DNA from: Candidatus Bathyarchaeia archaeon | GTDB taxonomy: Archaea; Thermoproteota; Bathyarchaeia; 40CM-2-53-6 | Length of the DNA: 64,000 bases | NCBI GenBank assembly: GCA_049513715.1 | Contig: JBEKVV010000002.1 | Location: 1-64,000, forward strand | Direction: 5' to 3' | Shown here: positions 1-9,319 of the stretch, in pieces | Layout: each line of letters starts with the position of its first letter | Numbering within the stretch: position 1 is the first letter of the stretch | The notes under the pieces: generated by a model | Seen by the model: the letters and a program-made list of their open reading frames with translations, nothing else | Told to the model about the DNA's origin: nothing | The model's database searches: none | Position numbers and translations under genes: made by a program

Positions 1-791
1 AACTCATGGAATCTGTTGAATGGCCGCTTAAGAAGCCTGAAGTATTCAAGAGAATGGGAATCAATCCGCCGCGTGGAATCCTGCTCTACGGACCACCTGG
101 TTCCGGTAAGACGCTGCTAGCACGAGCAGTAGCAACAGAAAGCGAGGCCAATTTCATTTCAATAAAAGGTCCAGAAATATTCTCCAAGTGGGTTGGAGAG
201 TCAGAGAAGGCTATCCGCGAAGTCTTTCGAAAAGGAAGAACCGCAGCTCCCGCAATAATATTCTTCGATGAATTGGATGCCATAGTGCCGAGACGCGGGT
301 TGGGATACGCTGATTCTGGAGCCAGCGAACGGGTGATAAGTCAGCTCCTGACTGAAATCGACGGCATAGAAACATTGCAGAACGTTCTCGTAATCGCAGC
401 CACCAATCGACCGGACATGCTAGATCCAGCAGTGATGAGACCTGGAAGATTCGATAGACTGATCTACGTGCCCTCGCCAGACTTCGACTCACTCAAAGAG
501 ATCTTCAAGATTCACGCAGGCTCAATGCCCCTCTCTAAAGACGTGTCATTGGACGAACTCGCAAGGAAAGCACAAGGCTATTCAGGCGCAGACATCGAAG
601 CAATCTGCAGAGAAGCGGCCATGAACGCTTTACGAGAAGACGTAGATGCCACAGAGGTCTCAAGGCGAGACTTTGATGAAGCAATGGAACGAGTTGGTCC
701 TAGCATAGCCCCAGAAGACGATGCATGGTACCAGAAATTCTCCAAGAGACTCAGAAGAGAAAGAGCCGCAGTACGTACGCCGGTAGCCTAG
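1..791 (+). CDS. cdc48: CDC48/VCP AAA+ ATPase, C-terminal D2 part (5' end lies outside the window)
   Basis: GPPGSGKT Walker A, IIFFDELD Walker B, RPGRFDR arginine finger, SKWVGESEK pore loop; frame is open to the window edge. Confidence 0.95.
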   Translation, partial: LMESVEWPLKKPEVFKRMGINPPRGILLYGPPGSGKTLLARAVATESEANFISIKGPEIFSKWVGESEKAIREVFRKGRTAAPAIIFFDELDAIVPRRGLGYADSGASERVISQLLTEIDGIETLQNVLVIAATNRPDMLDPAVMRPGRFDRLIYVPSPDFDSLKEIFKIHAGSMPLSKDVSLDELARKAQGYSGADIEAICREAAMNALREDVDATEVSRRDFDEAMERVGPSIAPEDDAWYQKFSKRLRRERAAVRTPVA

Positions 792-807
792 GCCAAGTGA
801 TTGCTCG

Positions 808-940
808 TTGGAAAAAGTATGGGGGCCACGACCATTACAACTCTCTGTCATTGGCGTCATCGGACGAAAGGGTCCGTTCACCGATGACGAACTATTAAGG
901 GAGCTGAGGAATGGCAAAGAGGACATGAGCTTTCGCGAAC
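808..940 (+). pseudogene. Truncated small wHTH-like gene of the kind found after cdc48 in TACK archaea
   Basis: MEKVWGPRPLQLSVIGVIGRKGPFTDDELLREL..MSFRE, then an abrupt switch to glycosyltransferase-like sequence at 941. Confidence 0.5.
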
Positions 941-1108
941 AGAGTTCTCCATTACGCCAATCAGGAAGAGTTCAGGAGGTGCCTGGTAGAGGCTTTCGAA
1001 CAGGGAGATGAGTGGAGGAAAGCTAGAGAAGCGGCGAAGAGATGCAGCGAAGAGCGTGAAAGCGGGAAAATCGCAAGAATGTTTATTGAACTCTTCCAGA
1101 CCATCTAG
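941..1108 (+). pseudogene. 3' remnant of a glycosyltransferase paralog
   Basis: Manual translation RVLHYANQEEFRRCLVEAFEQG..KIARMFIELFQTI* aligns with the C-terminus of 1291..2370 (EILKYRTADEFEACLIEVMESG..KIAERYIELFQKL). Confidence 0.75.
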
Positions 1109-1290
1109 TCTTCGTCAATTAGAGCCTTACCAAGGAAGGTTACTGCATTGCAAATCTTCTGCTTACATAACTTTATCTTTCTCGCTCATACTATTTCATA
1201 ACGCGGGAACTAAGAAACCTTTTAGAAACTCCATCAACGTGCAGACATTGTAGTACCGAGGTTCCTGAATTGAAAGTCTATGCCTAGTAG

Positions 1291-2370
1291 ATGTTACCTT
1301 TGAAGATTGGTATGATGGGCGCTTGGAACCTTGATGCAGGTTCCTCCGTTCACGCCGAGCTGATAGGAAGAGAATGGGTTAGAAAAGGACATGATCTCCG
1401 GCTCTATTCCTATCGTCAATCAGATTTTCATGGAACCACATTCGTGGGAGAGGATGAGAGCTACGTCACCAGGTGTTTCCGAGTCAGTGGATATCTTGAT
1501 CCTCGACCAATACTGAATTCTGATCATGATATTTTCGTTGTACAGAACCTAGGTATGCTTCCAAGAGACGATTTGAGGAAGATCTTTCACCGCATTAGAA
1601 AGAATGCTAGAACCGTGAACATAATACATGAGGCTAAACTTCCCTCCGACCCTTCATTCTACCAGTTTCAATGGGAATCTATAGTCTGCTTCGACCAGAG
1701 ATACAGGAAGTTTCTTCGCGAGGCCTTCCCAGAAGAGAAAATCCACGTCATACCCTTCCCATGTCACCCCATTGCAAAAGGGAATAAAGCGGAAGCGAGA
1801 CTAAGACTGGCTCTGCCACTGAATTGTAAAATTTTGCTGGTATTCGGTCAACACGTCGAGAAAGATCTTGAATTGCTGCAGAGCATCTCAACGTTGGGAA
1901 TACGCTACCCCATCCTACTCCTAGTGGTCAGCATCCATGCACCAAATCGAATAGTGGCCCGCAACATTCAGGTGGATATCAGGAACGAAGCTCCAAACAT
2001 AGGGAGGCTCTACGACTACTTGCACGCCTCCGACGCTCTTATTCTCAATAGGCAGGTTGAGACGAAAGCAGTCGTTTCGAGCACAGCCCATCAATGCCTT
2101 GGTTCAGGCTGCCCAATCATAGCGCTGGACTCACCGTTCTTTAAGAACTTCCATAAGGAGATCCTGAAGTACAGAACAGCGGATGAATTTGAGGCCTGCT
2201 TAATTGAGGTCATGGAAAGCGGTAACATGTTGATGAAAACTATCCAAGCAGCGGAAGAGTACGTCAGGAAGAATACGGCTGAGAAGATAGCTGAGAGATA
2301 CATCGAATTATTCCAGAAACTCTTGGCGCAAAGTTTGACGACACATGAAATGGAAACTAGCACTGTGTAA
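1291..2370 (+). CDS. GT-B fold (GT4-like) glycosyltransferase
   Basis: N-terminal G.SVHAELI..EW...GH, C-terminal ASDALIL..SSTAHQCLGSGCPII and final KIAERYIELF helix. Confidence 0.75.
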   Translation: MLPLKIGMMGAWNLDAGSSVHAELIGREWVRKGHDLRLYSYRQSDFHGTTFVGEDESYVTRCFRVSGYLDPRPILNSDHDIFVVQNLGMLPRDDLRKIFHRIRKNARTVNIIHEAKLPSDPSFYQFQWESIVCFDQRYRKFLREAFPEEKIHVIPFPCHPIAKGNKAEARLRLALPLNCKILLVFGQHVEKDLELLQSISTLGIRYPILLLVVSIHAPNRIVARNIQVDIRNEAPNIGRLYDYLHASDALILNRQVETKAVVSSTAHQCLGSGCPIIALDSPFFKNFHKEILKYRTADEFEACLIEVMESGNMLMKTIQAAEEYVRKNTAEKIAERYIELFQKLLAQSLTTHEMETSTV

Positions 2371-2741
2371 ATGTAACTCTCGTCTGAATCTTTCTCTCTT
2401 TCATCACTGGGTCCAACTCCTCGTAGGAGCTGTGAACATATTTCGAAAGCTCTGATTAGAACCGCTTGATCTCTTGTCTATGCTCTAGCCAACTTTTCTG
2501 AGATTTCCATCCCATGTGCTCACACGCAAGATACCTACTTGCTGCCGGGAAATATGTGCATGTCCATGCGCCTCTGGATATTGTAAGGCCGTCTCATGTG
2601 TGTGCCTCTGTTGGTGCGCACACACAACAAGAGACCTGATGTCTCTAAAGAAGGAAAATAGTAGTCTGAACATGTATCGAGTAGAGAACCACTTAACTGT
2701 TAGAGTAGAATGCTGACTCAGGCTAGATACTTTGCTCTTTC

Positions 2742-3032
2742 ATGACGGTAAGGTCGGGTGTTAGCGTGGACACTGTCGAATCTCACAAGAAGTTTGAGAG
2801 AAAGACTCGCCTGAACTTTCCATTGGTCAGCGATCACGACAAGTAGATCTCGAGAACCTACGGAGTTCTGAGTGAAGATGGTTCGCACGCGCAGAGAATG
2901 ACATTCATTATTGACAAAGAAGGCCAAATCGCTCGAGTCTTCACGAACGTCGACATCACAAAACACACGCATGAAGTCGTCGACGCACTCAAGCGACTTA
3001 CATTTACAAAGCCTGATGGCATCAGGGCATAG
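2742..3032 (+). pseudogene. BCP/peroxiredoxin C-terminal fragment with internal stop
   Basis: GVSVDTVESHKKF..LNFPLVSDHDK*ISRTYGV..RMTFIIDKEGQI; in-frame TAG at 2844-2846; N-terminal peroxidatic Cys region absent. Confidence 0.8.
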
Positions 3033-3183
3033 TGGGGGCGAAAATTCAAAGAAATGCGCGTTTCTGCGGCAGGCGCCAAACAGTCCTGAACAGTCAGGTC
3101 AGCAAATTCGGGGGTAGGTCTAGAACCAAATGTCAATTAGCTGGTATTGATTCCAGGGAGGCAATGCTAGGTGAAAGAGCTTA

Positions 3184-4101
3184 CTGAAGCTTACGAGGAT
3201 TGAGGCGAATCCTATCATTAGACCGAGGGCCGGTGTGGATTGGGAAGATGATGGGACATTCAACCCAGCGGCAGTCGCTGCAGGGAACACGATTCATCTA
3301 CTCTACCGAGCTGTGGACGCTAACAGGGTCTCGCGTTTGGGCTATGCACAGTCACAGAACGGAACAGACATATCGTTTCGTTCTGCTCACCCGGTTCTTG
3401 AAGGCTCTGCGGATTGGGAGGAGTTCGGATGCGAGGATCCCCGTTTGACCCCCCTCGACGGGACGTACTATGTTACGTACACCGCCTTTTCGCGTCGAGG
3501 GCCGCGCATTGCGTTGGCGTCAACGAAAGATTTTATGCATTTTGAGAAGTATGGGCTGGTTGGGCCGGACCGAGATGACAAGGACTGCGTCCTCTTCCCC
3601 GAGAGATTGAATGGAAAGGTTGCAATGCTGCACCGACTTGATTCGAAGATTCAGATTGCTTACTTCGACAATCTTGATACAGTCATCGATTCCCAAGAGT
3701 TCTGGCGCGAATATGTAGCCCACTTTGATGACTTTGAGATTATTGGACCCAAATATCGTTGGGAAGAATGGAAAGTTGGTGTCGGCCCTCCACCCATCAA
3801 AACGGATCGCGGATGGCTCGTGATTTATCATGGCGTGAATGTGCAGCGAATCTACCGTGTAGGGGCACTTCTGCTTGATTTGGACGAACCCGCCAAGATT
3901 CTAGCGCGGACTAGGAAGCCCATACTTGAACCCGAAATGGAGTTTGAAAAACGCGGTCTTGTCCCAAACGTTGTCTTCCCAGAAGGAGCAGTTATTCGCG
4001 ATGGTGATCTTTTGACTTATTACGGTGGAGCTGACAGGGTCTCCTGCGTGGCGAAGGCTCAGATCGACGATTTTCTGGACGAATTGGAAAGAGGCACATA
4101 A
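3184..4101 (+). CDS. GH130-family glycosidase/mannoside phosphorylase
   Basis: FNPAAV, LLYRA, GCEDPR, DKDCVLFPE, LHR, NVVFP, YYGGAD motifs; family-like sequence (LTRIEANPII) extends upstream of 3235 to a CTG at 3184 preceded by GGTGA. Confidence 0.9.
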   Translation: MKLTRIEANPIIRPRAGVDWEDDGTFNPAAVAAGNTIHLLYRAVDANRVSRLGYAQSQNGTDISFRSAHPVLEGSADWEEFGCEDPRLTPLDGTYYVTYTAFSRRGPRIALASTKDFMHFEKYGLVGPDRDDKDCVLFPERLNGKVAMLHRLDSKIQIAYFDNLDTVIDSQEFWREYVAHFDDFEIIGPKYRWEEWKVGVGPPPIKTDRGWLVIYHGVNVQRIYRVGALLLDLDEPAKILARTRKPILEPEMEFEKRGLVPNVVFPEGAVIRDGDLLTYYGGADRVSCVAKAQIDDFLDELERGT

Positions 4102-4273
4102 GGATTATAGTCGAACGTGTCAGGCGACGAACGCCTAATCCTAATCGGCGTCGACGAAAACTACAACACGGAACAATTCTATTCTCCATCAAGGGTTCAG
4201 GAACTTCTTGCGTGCTCCGAAAATCGTATTCATATAGGCTTCCTTCACAAAGCGCACCTTAAGTATCACTCAG

Positions 4274-4843
4274 GTGCGCCCTCTGGCCGAACACAAAACG
4301 TTCATCAACATAGAGAACGTGGTCGCGACCGCAACTATCCATCAGAATATTGATTTGAACTCTATCGTACGCGTATTCCCTGGCGTAGAATATAGGCCTG
4401 AGCAATTTCCGGGCTTAGTATATCGATTGAAGAAACCGAAGGCCACCACTTTGATCTTTGGTTCAGGTAAAATGGTCTGTACTGGGGCGAAGTCGGAGCG
4501 GCAGGCTCGCAAGGCCGTCATGAAAGTTGTAGATGAGCTCAAACGAAACGGAATCGTCATTCTAAGTAAGCCTGAGATTCAGGTTCAAAATATTGTGGCG
4601 TCGGTAGGTTTAGGCGGCCATATTGATTTGGAAAAGTCGACCTACTCACTGAAACGCACCATGTATGAGCCTGAACAGTTTCCGGGTCTGATTTATCGAA
4701 TGGATGATCCAAAGGTTGTAATTCTGGTTTTCAGCAGTGGAAAACTAGTTTGCACCGGAGCGAAGAAGGAGGGGGAAGTTCACCGAGCAGTTACGAAACT
4801 GCAAGAGACGCTTGAAGAGAAGAGCCTAATAACATACGAATGA
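4274..4843 (+). CDS. tbp: TATA-box binding protein
   Basis: Two repeats NVVA..YRPEQFPGLVYR..LIFGSGKMVCTGAK and NIVAS..YEPEQFPGLIYR..LVFSSGKLVCTGAK. Confidence 0.97.
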   Translation: MRPLAEHKTFINIENVVATATIHQNIDLNSIVRVFPGVEYRPEQFPGLVYRLKKPKATTLIFGSGKMVCTGAKSERQARKAVMKVVDELKRNGIVILSKPEIQVQNIVASVGLGGHIDLEKSTYSLKRTMYEPEQFPGLIYRMDDPKVVILVFSSGKLVCTGAKKEGEVHRAVTKLQETLEEKSLITYE

Positions 4844-4972
4844 GCGGCTTTGGTTGAGCAGCATTTTGAGGGCGATTTTTCGGCCCGATTTGTTGGCTAG
4901 CAATAGTTATTTTATGAGTGGAAATTCGGCACCACACTGAGCCGGTTCTCGTTTCAGATATTTGTTGAATTC

Positions 4973-5224
4973 CTATTTCCGACGCGTTCTTCGGGGAACT
5001 CTAATCTTTTTGAGTTTTCCAAATCGTCGCAGCACGGAGGTCGGGGCCGACTCCATGATGAGTCTTCGTCCTGAGAATTTGACATGTAACATGGCGCCTT
5101 TGCCGAACGGGAAGTTTGAGTCCGTTGTCAGTTTTGTAGGGAGATAGATGCGAGGCGACTCGTAGATTCTACCGTCGGGCATCTTCTTCTTGGTTATAAT
5201 GTAACTGGTCACTGCTTCCCTCAT
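4973..5224 (-). CDS. Small AbrB/MazE-like DNA-binding protein
   Basis: PRIYLPTKL..FPFGKGAMLHVKF..RLIME swapped-hairpin pattern. Confidence 0.55.
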   Translation of the reverse strand: MREAVTSYIITKKKMPDGRIYESPRIYLPTKLTTDSNFPFGKGAMLHVKFSGRRLIMESAPTSVLRRFGKLKKIRVPRRTRRK

Positions 5225-5630
5225 GGTTTGACACTTTCGGGTTCAAACTTAGACGGACAACAATGACGAGTTAACGGATTCTACAATGAACAAGTCAAAA
5301 TCGCAAGGATTCGACGCCACGCTCACGGCTGGCGGATGCCAATACAACCGCACCCCATGGACACACACATGTCTGGAAGCATGCTGCTCCATTGGAAAGC
5401 GGGCTCTGTCTCGTGAACACTAGTCATTGAAAGAGCATGTGCCTGAGGATGAGAAAAGGAAACCGAGAAAGTTGCATACTGCGGTAATGACCGCAACTTC
5501 ACCAAACAACGCGAGCTGATGCAAAGGTCTCAGCTGATAGCAGCTTTCACGGCACATTGAAACAATGATTCACCTGGTTGTGCGATTCTAGTTGGGCTAA
5601 GTACTTTATACCAATCAGCCCAATGGAGCT

Positions 5631-5903
5631 GTGATTGTGATGACGACAGGTTTTGATGAGTTCGATAACAGAATCCATGACTTAGCTGAACGTGAAGACG
5701 AATGTGATGGCCTGTTCGAAGAAATTAAGAATGGCAACGGCGAAAACTCACTGCGCTATTTTGCACTGAGAGATTCCTGCAAAGAGTTGAGAAAAGGAAT
5801 TTTCAGGAGCGCTATGTCAGCGGGACTAACGCGAGAAAGAATCAAGACGGAGATCGAAAAAGCGAGAAACCATACGACCGCCAATAACGTGAAGCAGACT
5901 TAG
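5631..5903 (+). CDS. Hypothetical helical protein
   Basis: 90-aa ORF with upstream CTTTATA box; no recognised motif. Confidence 0.45.
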   Translation: MIVMTTGFDEFDNRIHDLAEREDECDGLFEEIKNGNGENSLRYFALRDSCKELRKGIFRSAMSAGLTRERIKTEIEKARNHTTANNVKQT

Positions 5904-5993
5904 GAAGAATCAGTAGAATCACCATGGTTTTTCTTGCGGAACTGGTTCAAGCGCTGAAATAGGCTCTCCGTCGTCAGTTAGTGGCTTCATGCC

Positions 5994-6134
5994 GTGTGTG
6001 GTACTCGGGGTGCGAGCATTTGAATTTGAACCGTAGGTTCAGGCGGTTCTTTTTGTGTGTGTGGTCTAGCTGGTGCGGGCAACGGAAATTGAACCAGTCA
6101 TTTTGTGTGTGTGTGCGCACCACTAGACCCACAC
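5994..6134. repeat. Left cluster of tRNA-3'-end-like repeats (two direct copies plus one inverted partial copy)
   Basis: gtgtgtggt..ggtgcg(a/g)gca-N4-aa(t/a)ttgaacc at about 5994 and 6055; inverted cgcaccactagacccacac at 6116-6134. Confidence 0.8.
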
Positions 6135-6199
6135 ACGCGAGGAACCACAAAGAAAGATGTTGTTAAATTCCAAGCCAGCCTACAGACTAGATTCAATCC

Positions 6200-6646
6200 A
6201 TGTTCAGGTATGCTAACGTTACGGTGATGGTGTCAGATCTCGAACGTGCCGTTCAGTTCTACACACGGACTCTTGGCTTGTCATTGAAGAATCGTTATGG
6301 GAATGAGTTTGCGGAAGTTGAAGCTCCCGGATTGACGATTGGATTACACCCTTCAATTGAACATGGCCCTAGCCCTGGCAGGTCGGAAAGCCTTTCGATC
6401 GGGCTAGGCGTTGAAGACCTCGACAAGGCGATGAATGAGCTGAGAAATAGAGGAGTACAATTCTTGCCTAATGTAATTGAGGACGGTGCGCTTCGAATCG
6501 CTTACTTCACAGACCCTGATAATAACCCACTTTATCTTGCTCAGATGCGACAGTGGCCCAGCCAAATTGCTACTGTGACGATAACGGCTGCAAAGACTGT
6601 TCTGATCAGCAAGCCGATGAACAGTAGATTAATAATTGTGTGGTAA
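6200..6646 (+). CDS. VOC/glyoxalase family protein
   Basis: VMVSDLERAVQFYTRTLGL and AYFTDPDNNPL motifs. Confidence 0.9.
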   Translation: MFRYANVTVMVSDLERAVQFYTRTLGLSLKNRYGNEFAEVEAPGLTIGLHPSIEHGPSPGRSESLSIGLGVEDLDKAMNELRNRGVQFLPNVIEDGALRIAYFTDPDNNPLYLAQMRQWPSQIATVTITAAKTVLISKPMNSRLIIVW

Positions 6647-6668
6647 TCTGTGCAGTTTGTGATGGTAC

Positions 6669-7082
6669 ATGTTTCTTAATATGCTAATGTTCTACGTGCC
6701 TTACCTGGCGTTACTACTCCGAGTGGTTGTAGGAGCATCAATCGTAATGCACGGGTACCCGAAGCTGAAAAATCCCCAAGCGACTCTCAAATGGACCGGG
6801 GGTCTCGGTGTTCCGGCAGCCGCTACGGTTGCTGTAATCGTGCTTGAATTCTTTGGAGGAATAGCACTCATTCTCGGGTTCCTAGTCCCAATAGTAGCCT
6901 TCTTCATCGCCCTAGAGATGATTGGAACCATCGCATTGAAGAAGACTAAGATGAATGCGCCTTATCTTATCGGGGATAATGCAGCAGCATACGAACCTGA
7001 TGTGCTATACCTTCTGCTTGCAGTGACGATGATCGTTCTCGGCGCAGGCGCCTTCTCGTTGAGTGCCCCATTAGGAATATGA
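6669..7082 (+). CDS. DoxX family membrane protein
   Basis: LLLRVVVG..HGYPKL..EFFGG..G; YE..LYL..GAGAFSL. Confidence 0.88.
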   Translation: MFLNMLMFYVPYLALLLRVVVGASIVMHGYPKLKNPQATLKWTGGLGVPAAATVAVIVLEFFGGIALILGFLVPIVAFFIALEMIGTIALKKTKMNAPYLIGDNAAAYEPDVLYLLLAVTMIVLGAGAFSLSAPLGI

Positions 7083-7238
7083 GTAGTGAAGGACACTAAG
7101 CCTGACGAGTTGATAATTGACCCAACGTTCTCAGCTGACAGACAAAGTGAGGAAGGCTGAGGACCGGTGGGAGTGTTAGCTACCTTGCACATTCACAATC
7201 ACCTAGTGATGTCCGCTTTCAACTTCGGCGATTAAAAG

Positions 7239-7982
7239 TTAAAAACTTCTTGGTAACTGCACCCGTCTCGGTACGCCTGTGGTTATGCTTTCAAATCCAG
7301 TGAACGGCTTGGCTACTGTGATGCCCTGAGAGGTGATCTTGAACTCCCTCAGCGCTTTGTCATGATCGCTTCCTCTAAGCTTCAACACGACCAACGCTTT
7401 CCGCATGGTAGACTCGATCTCTACCAGTCTCAGGAGAATGATGCAGTCTGCAACTCGACTGAGCCCCACATTGGTTAACAGGCTTTGGCCAATGATTCCC
7501 GGCGCTTCCCAGGTGCACAGCGAACTAATCTGCTTGGTTTTGAAATAGTTGAGGAGTCGGTAAGCTTCCTTTCTGACCTCCTTCTCTTCAATGTACATTC
7601 CAAGATTGCTGAGCGAGTCAATCACGATCCTTCGAGGCTTAACTTGCCTGATGGGCTCATCAAGGAAGTGCTTGGTCCCATGGCTTTCAAGGAGAAGCTC
7701 TGGTGAAGTACAGATTAGCCTGAGTTTGTTCTCCTGTTCCAGCCGCCTCAAATCCCATCCAAAATTCTTCGCGTCTCGGTAGATTTGGTTGGGCATTTGT
7801 TCGAAGGTTACAAAGATTCCGTTCTCCCCGAACCGGGTTGCACCATTCACGAGATACTGCAAGCCAAGAGTCGTCTTCCCAGTCCCAGCACCTCCCGCAA
7901 CGATTACTGTGTCGCCTGCAACGAAGCCACCGCAGAGCATTTTGTCGAGTTGAGTTACTCCAGTCCTTACGCGGTCCACCAC
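7239..7982 (-). CDS. KaiC/RAD55-family single-domain ATPase
   Basis: TGVTQLDKMLCGG, GGAGTGKT, VTFEQ, RIVIDSLS, KLRGSDH motifs. Confidence 0.92.
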   Translation of the reverse strand: MVDRVRTGVTQLDKMLCGGFVAGDTVIVAGGAGTGKTTLGLQYLVNGATRFGENGIFVTFEQMPNQIYRDAKNFGWDLRRLEQENKLRLICTSPELLLESHGTKHFLDEPIRQVKPRRIVIDSLSNLGMYIEEKEVRKEAYRLLNYFKTKQISSLCTWEAPGIIGQSLLTNVGLSRVADCIILLRLVEIESTMRKALVVLKLRGSDHDKALREFKITSQGITVAKPFTGFESITTGVPRRVQLPRSF

Positions 7983-7984
7983 GA

Positions 7985-8263
7985 TCAGTCTGCCCTCCTT
8001 TTGAGCTGATTCGAAATGATTTCTTGAATCTGGTTGTCCCTATTCGTGTCGAAAGAAAGTACATCCAACTTACCGAACCTTTGCTTTACCAGAACGCCGA
8101 GATCAACCAAGTCTTTCACATCCGCCTCTATCTCACTAGCAGTTCTTCCAATCCTCCGGGCCACGCCCTCGATAGTATCAGTTAGCCCTGGATTGTTGTG
8201 AAAGAGTATCAAAAGATCCGCCTTGGTATCTGAGGAAAGTAACTTGCTATATATTTCATCCAA
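7985..8263 (-). CDS. Winged-helix protein coupled to the KaiC-like gene
   Basis: LLILFHNNPG..DTIEGVARRIGR..IEADVKDLVDLGVL; 2-bp gap to the ATPase gene. Confidence 0.75.
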   Translation of the reverse strand: MDEIYSKLLSSDTKADLLILFHNNPGLTDTIEGVARRIGRTASEIEADVKDLVDLGVLVKQRFGKLDVLSFDTNRDNQIQEIISNQLKRRAD

Positions 8264-8264
8264 T

Positions 8265-8585
8265 TTACCCTTGCTCCTTCAGCAGTATTTTCTTTACATT
8301 CTCAATGCATTCAGCAAACGAAGAATTTTGCTTCTGATCCAAACTCAAACCCAACTTCGCGCATAATCTTCGAACAATCGCCCTCCCCAAAACGCCCCCA
8401 CCAACACCGAACGACCCGTTAAGTGCTGAAGAGAGCTCTTTCACGTGTGACGGAATATCTTCCCTTGACAGCCCAAGATAGGCAGAGCAATGACGATCGA
8501 AAGCCTCAGCAACATTCTTACCCAGAACCGCGGCTATGGTTTCCTCAACCGATTCAACAAGTGTTCTATTGAAACGCATCTCCAA
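8265..8585 (-). CDS. DUF3227/NitrOD5-like small helical signalling protein
   Basis: VEETIAAVLG..LSREDIP..LSSALNGSFGVGG.VL.RAIVRRL..KLGL pattern typical of KaiC-associated archaeal domains. Confidence 0.65.
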   Translation of the reverse strand: MEMRFNRTLVESVEETIAAVLGKNVAEAFDRHCSAYLGLSREDIPSHVKELSSALNGSFGVGGGVLGRAIVRRLCAKLGLSLDQKQNSSFAECIENVKKILLKEQG

Positions 8586-8822
8586 GCTCGGTGCGTCAGT
8601 CTCATTACGGGTTAAAGAGGGCTACCAGCAGTTTAGTGTAGTCAACCGTCCCTCATACACTTTCTGCATCACAAAGTGGGAATATTCGAAATAAGCGAAA
8701 TATGAAAAAAGGAGATGGCTTGGGAACAAGACAGAAAGAAAGCGTATCACTGAAGCTATTCTTTCTATTCATCCATCGATTCGAGTTGTGGTTCTGAGCA
8801 CCGTTTTTGTCCTTGTGGTAGA

Positions 8823-8910
8823 GTGTGGGTCTAGTGGTGCGGGCACCGTAATTTGAACCGTGGTTTTCGTGTGTGTGGGTCAGCTGGTGCGGGCAAGCAA
8901 ATTTGAACCG
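8823..8910. repeat. Right cluster of tRNA-3'-end-like repeats (two direct copies)
   Basis: gtgtgggtctagtggtgcgggcaccgtaatttgaaccg (8823) and gtgtgtgggtcagctggtgcgggcaagcaaatttgaaccg (about 8871). Confidence 0.8.
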
Positions 8911-8974
8911 GCTTATATGTACCGGTAAATTGGGGTTGAAATCCCCTTACCCCATCTCTGAACTAGCAGATTAT

Positions 8975-9014
8975 GTGGGTTCGAACGAGGGTGTAAAGCG
9001 GACTCCCCGCACCA
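8975..9014 (+). other. Interrupted tRNA-Leu 3' fragment (att-like scar)
   Basis: GTGGGTTCGAA-[16 nt]-ACTCCCCGCACCA; matches archaeal tRNA-Leu T-arm and acceptor end except that the usual TCCC is replaced. Confidence 0.5.
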
Positions 9015-9319
9015 TGTTTTCGCGTATAACATATGCTAGACGTAATTTTCATGGGACGACGCGTGCTTGGGTGTGCGTTTCAACATGTGGTGTGGTTTTG
9101 TGGGGAAAACACGTTACCGATCCCTAATCGTGTTGGAGAACTGTGTTATCACAAACAGCTGCACAAATGTAAGACAAGTGTAGGTAATATTAGGGTTCGT
9201 CTATACGGGCCTACGGTGCAGAATCCGGATTTGATTAGCCCGCAGACTGCAGTCCTAACATGCAATTCATAGCGCTGATACCTGTTCGAGCTTAATAGAA
9301 TACCCAGTTATGATAGCCT

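Noticed and set aside
2371..2716. Cys-rich 66-aa ORF and a possible HEPN-like remnant (LSKYVHSS) on the minus strand
   Set aside because: Cys richness comes from TG-rich sequence; the remnant is too short and interrupted to call
2844..2846. Pyrrolysine readthrough of the TAG in the peroxiredoxin fragment
   Set aside because: The gene also lacks its catalytic N-terminal half and no pyl genes are visible, so decay is simpler
7239..7982. Circadian clock KaiC
   Set aside because: Single domain, no KaiA or KaiB nearby; fits the broad archaeal KaiC/RAD55 family
5994..8910. CRISPR mini-arrays
   Set aside because: Repeats are degenerate, intervening sequences are short and similar to each other, and the geometry matches tRNA 3' ends
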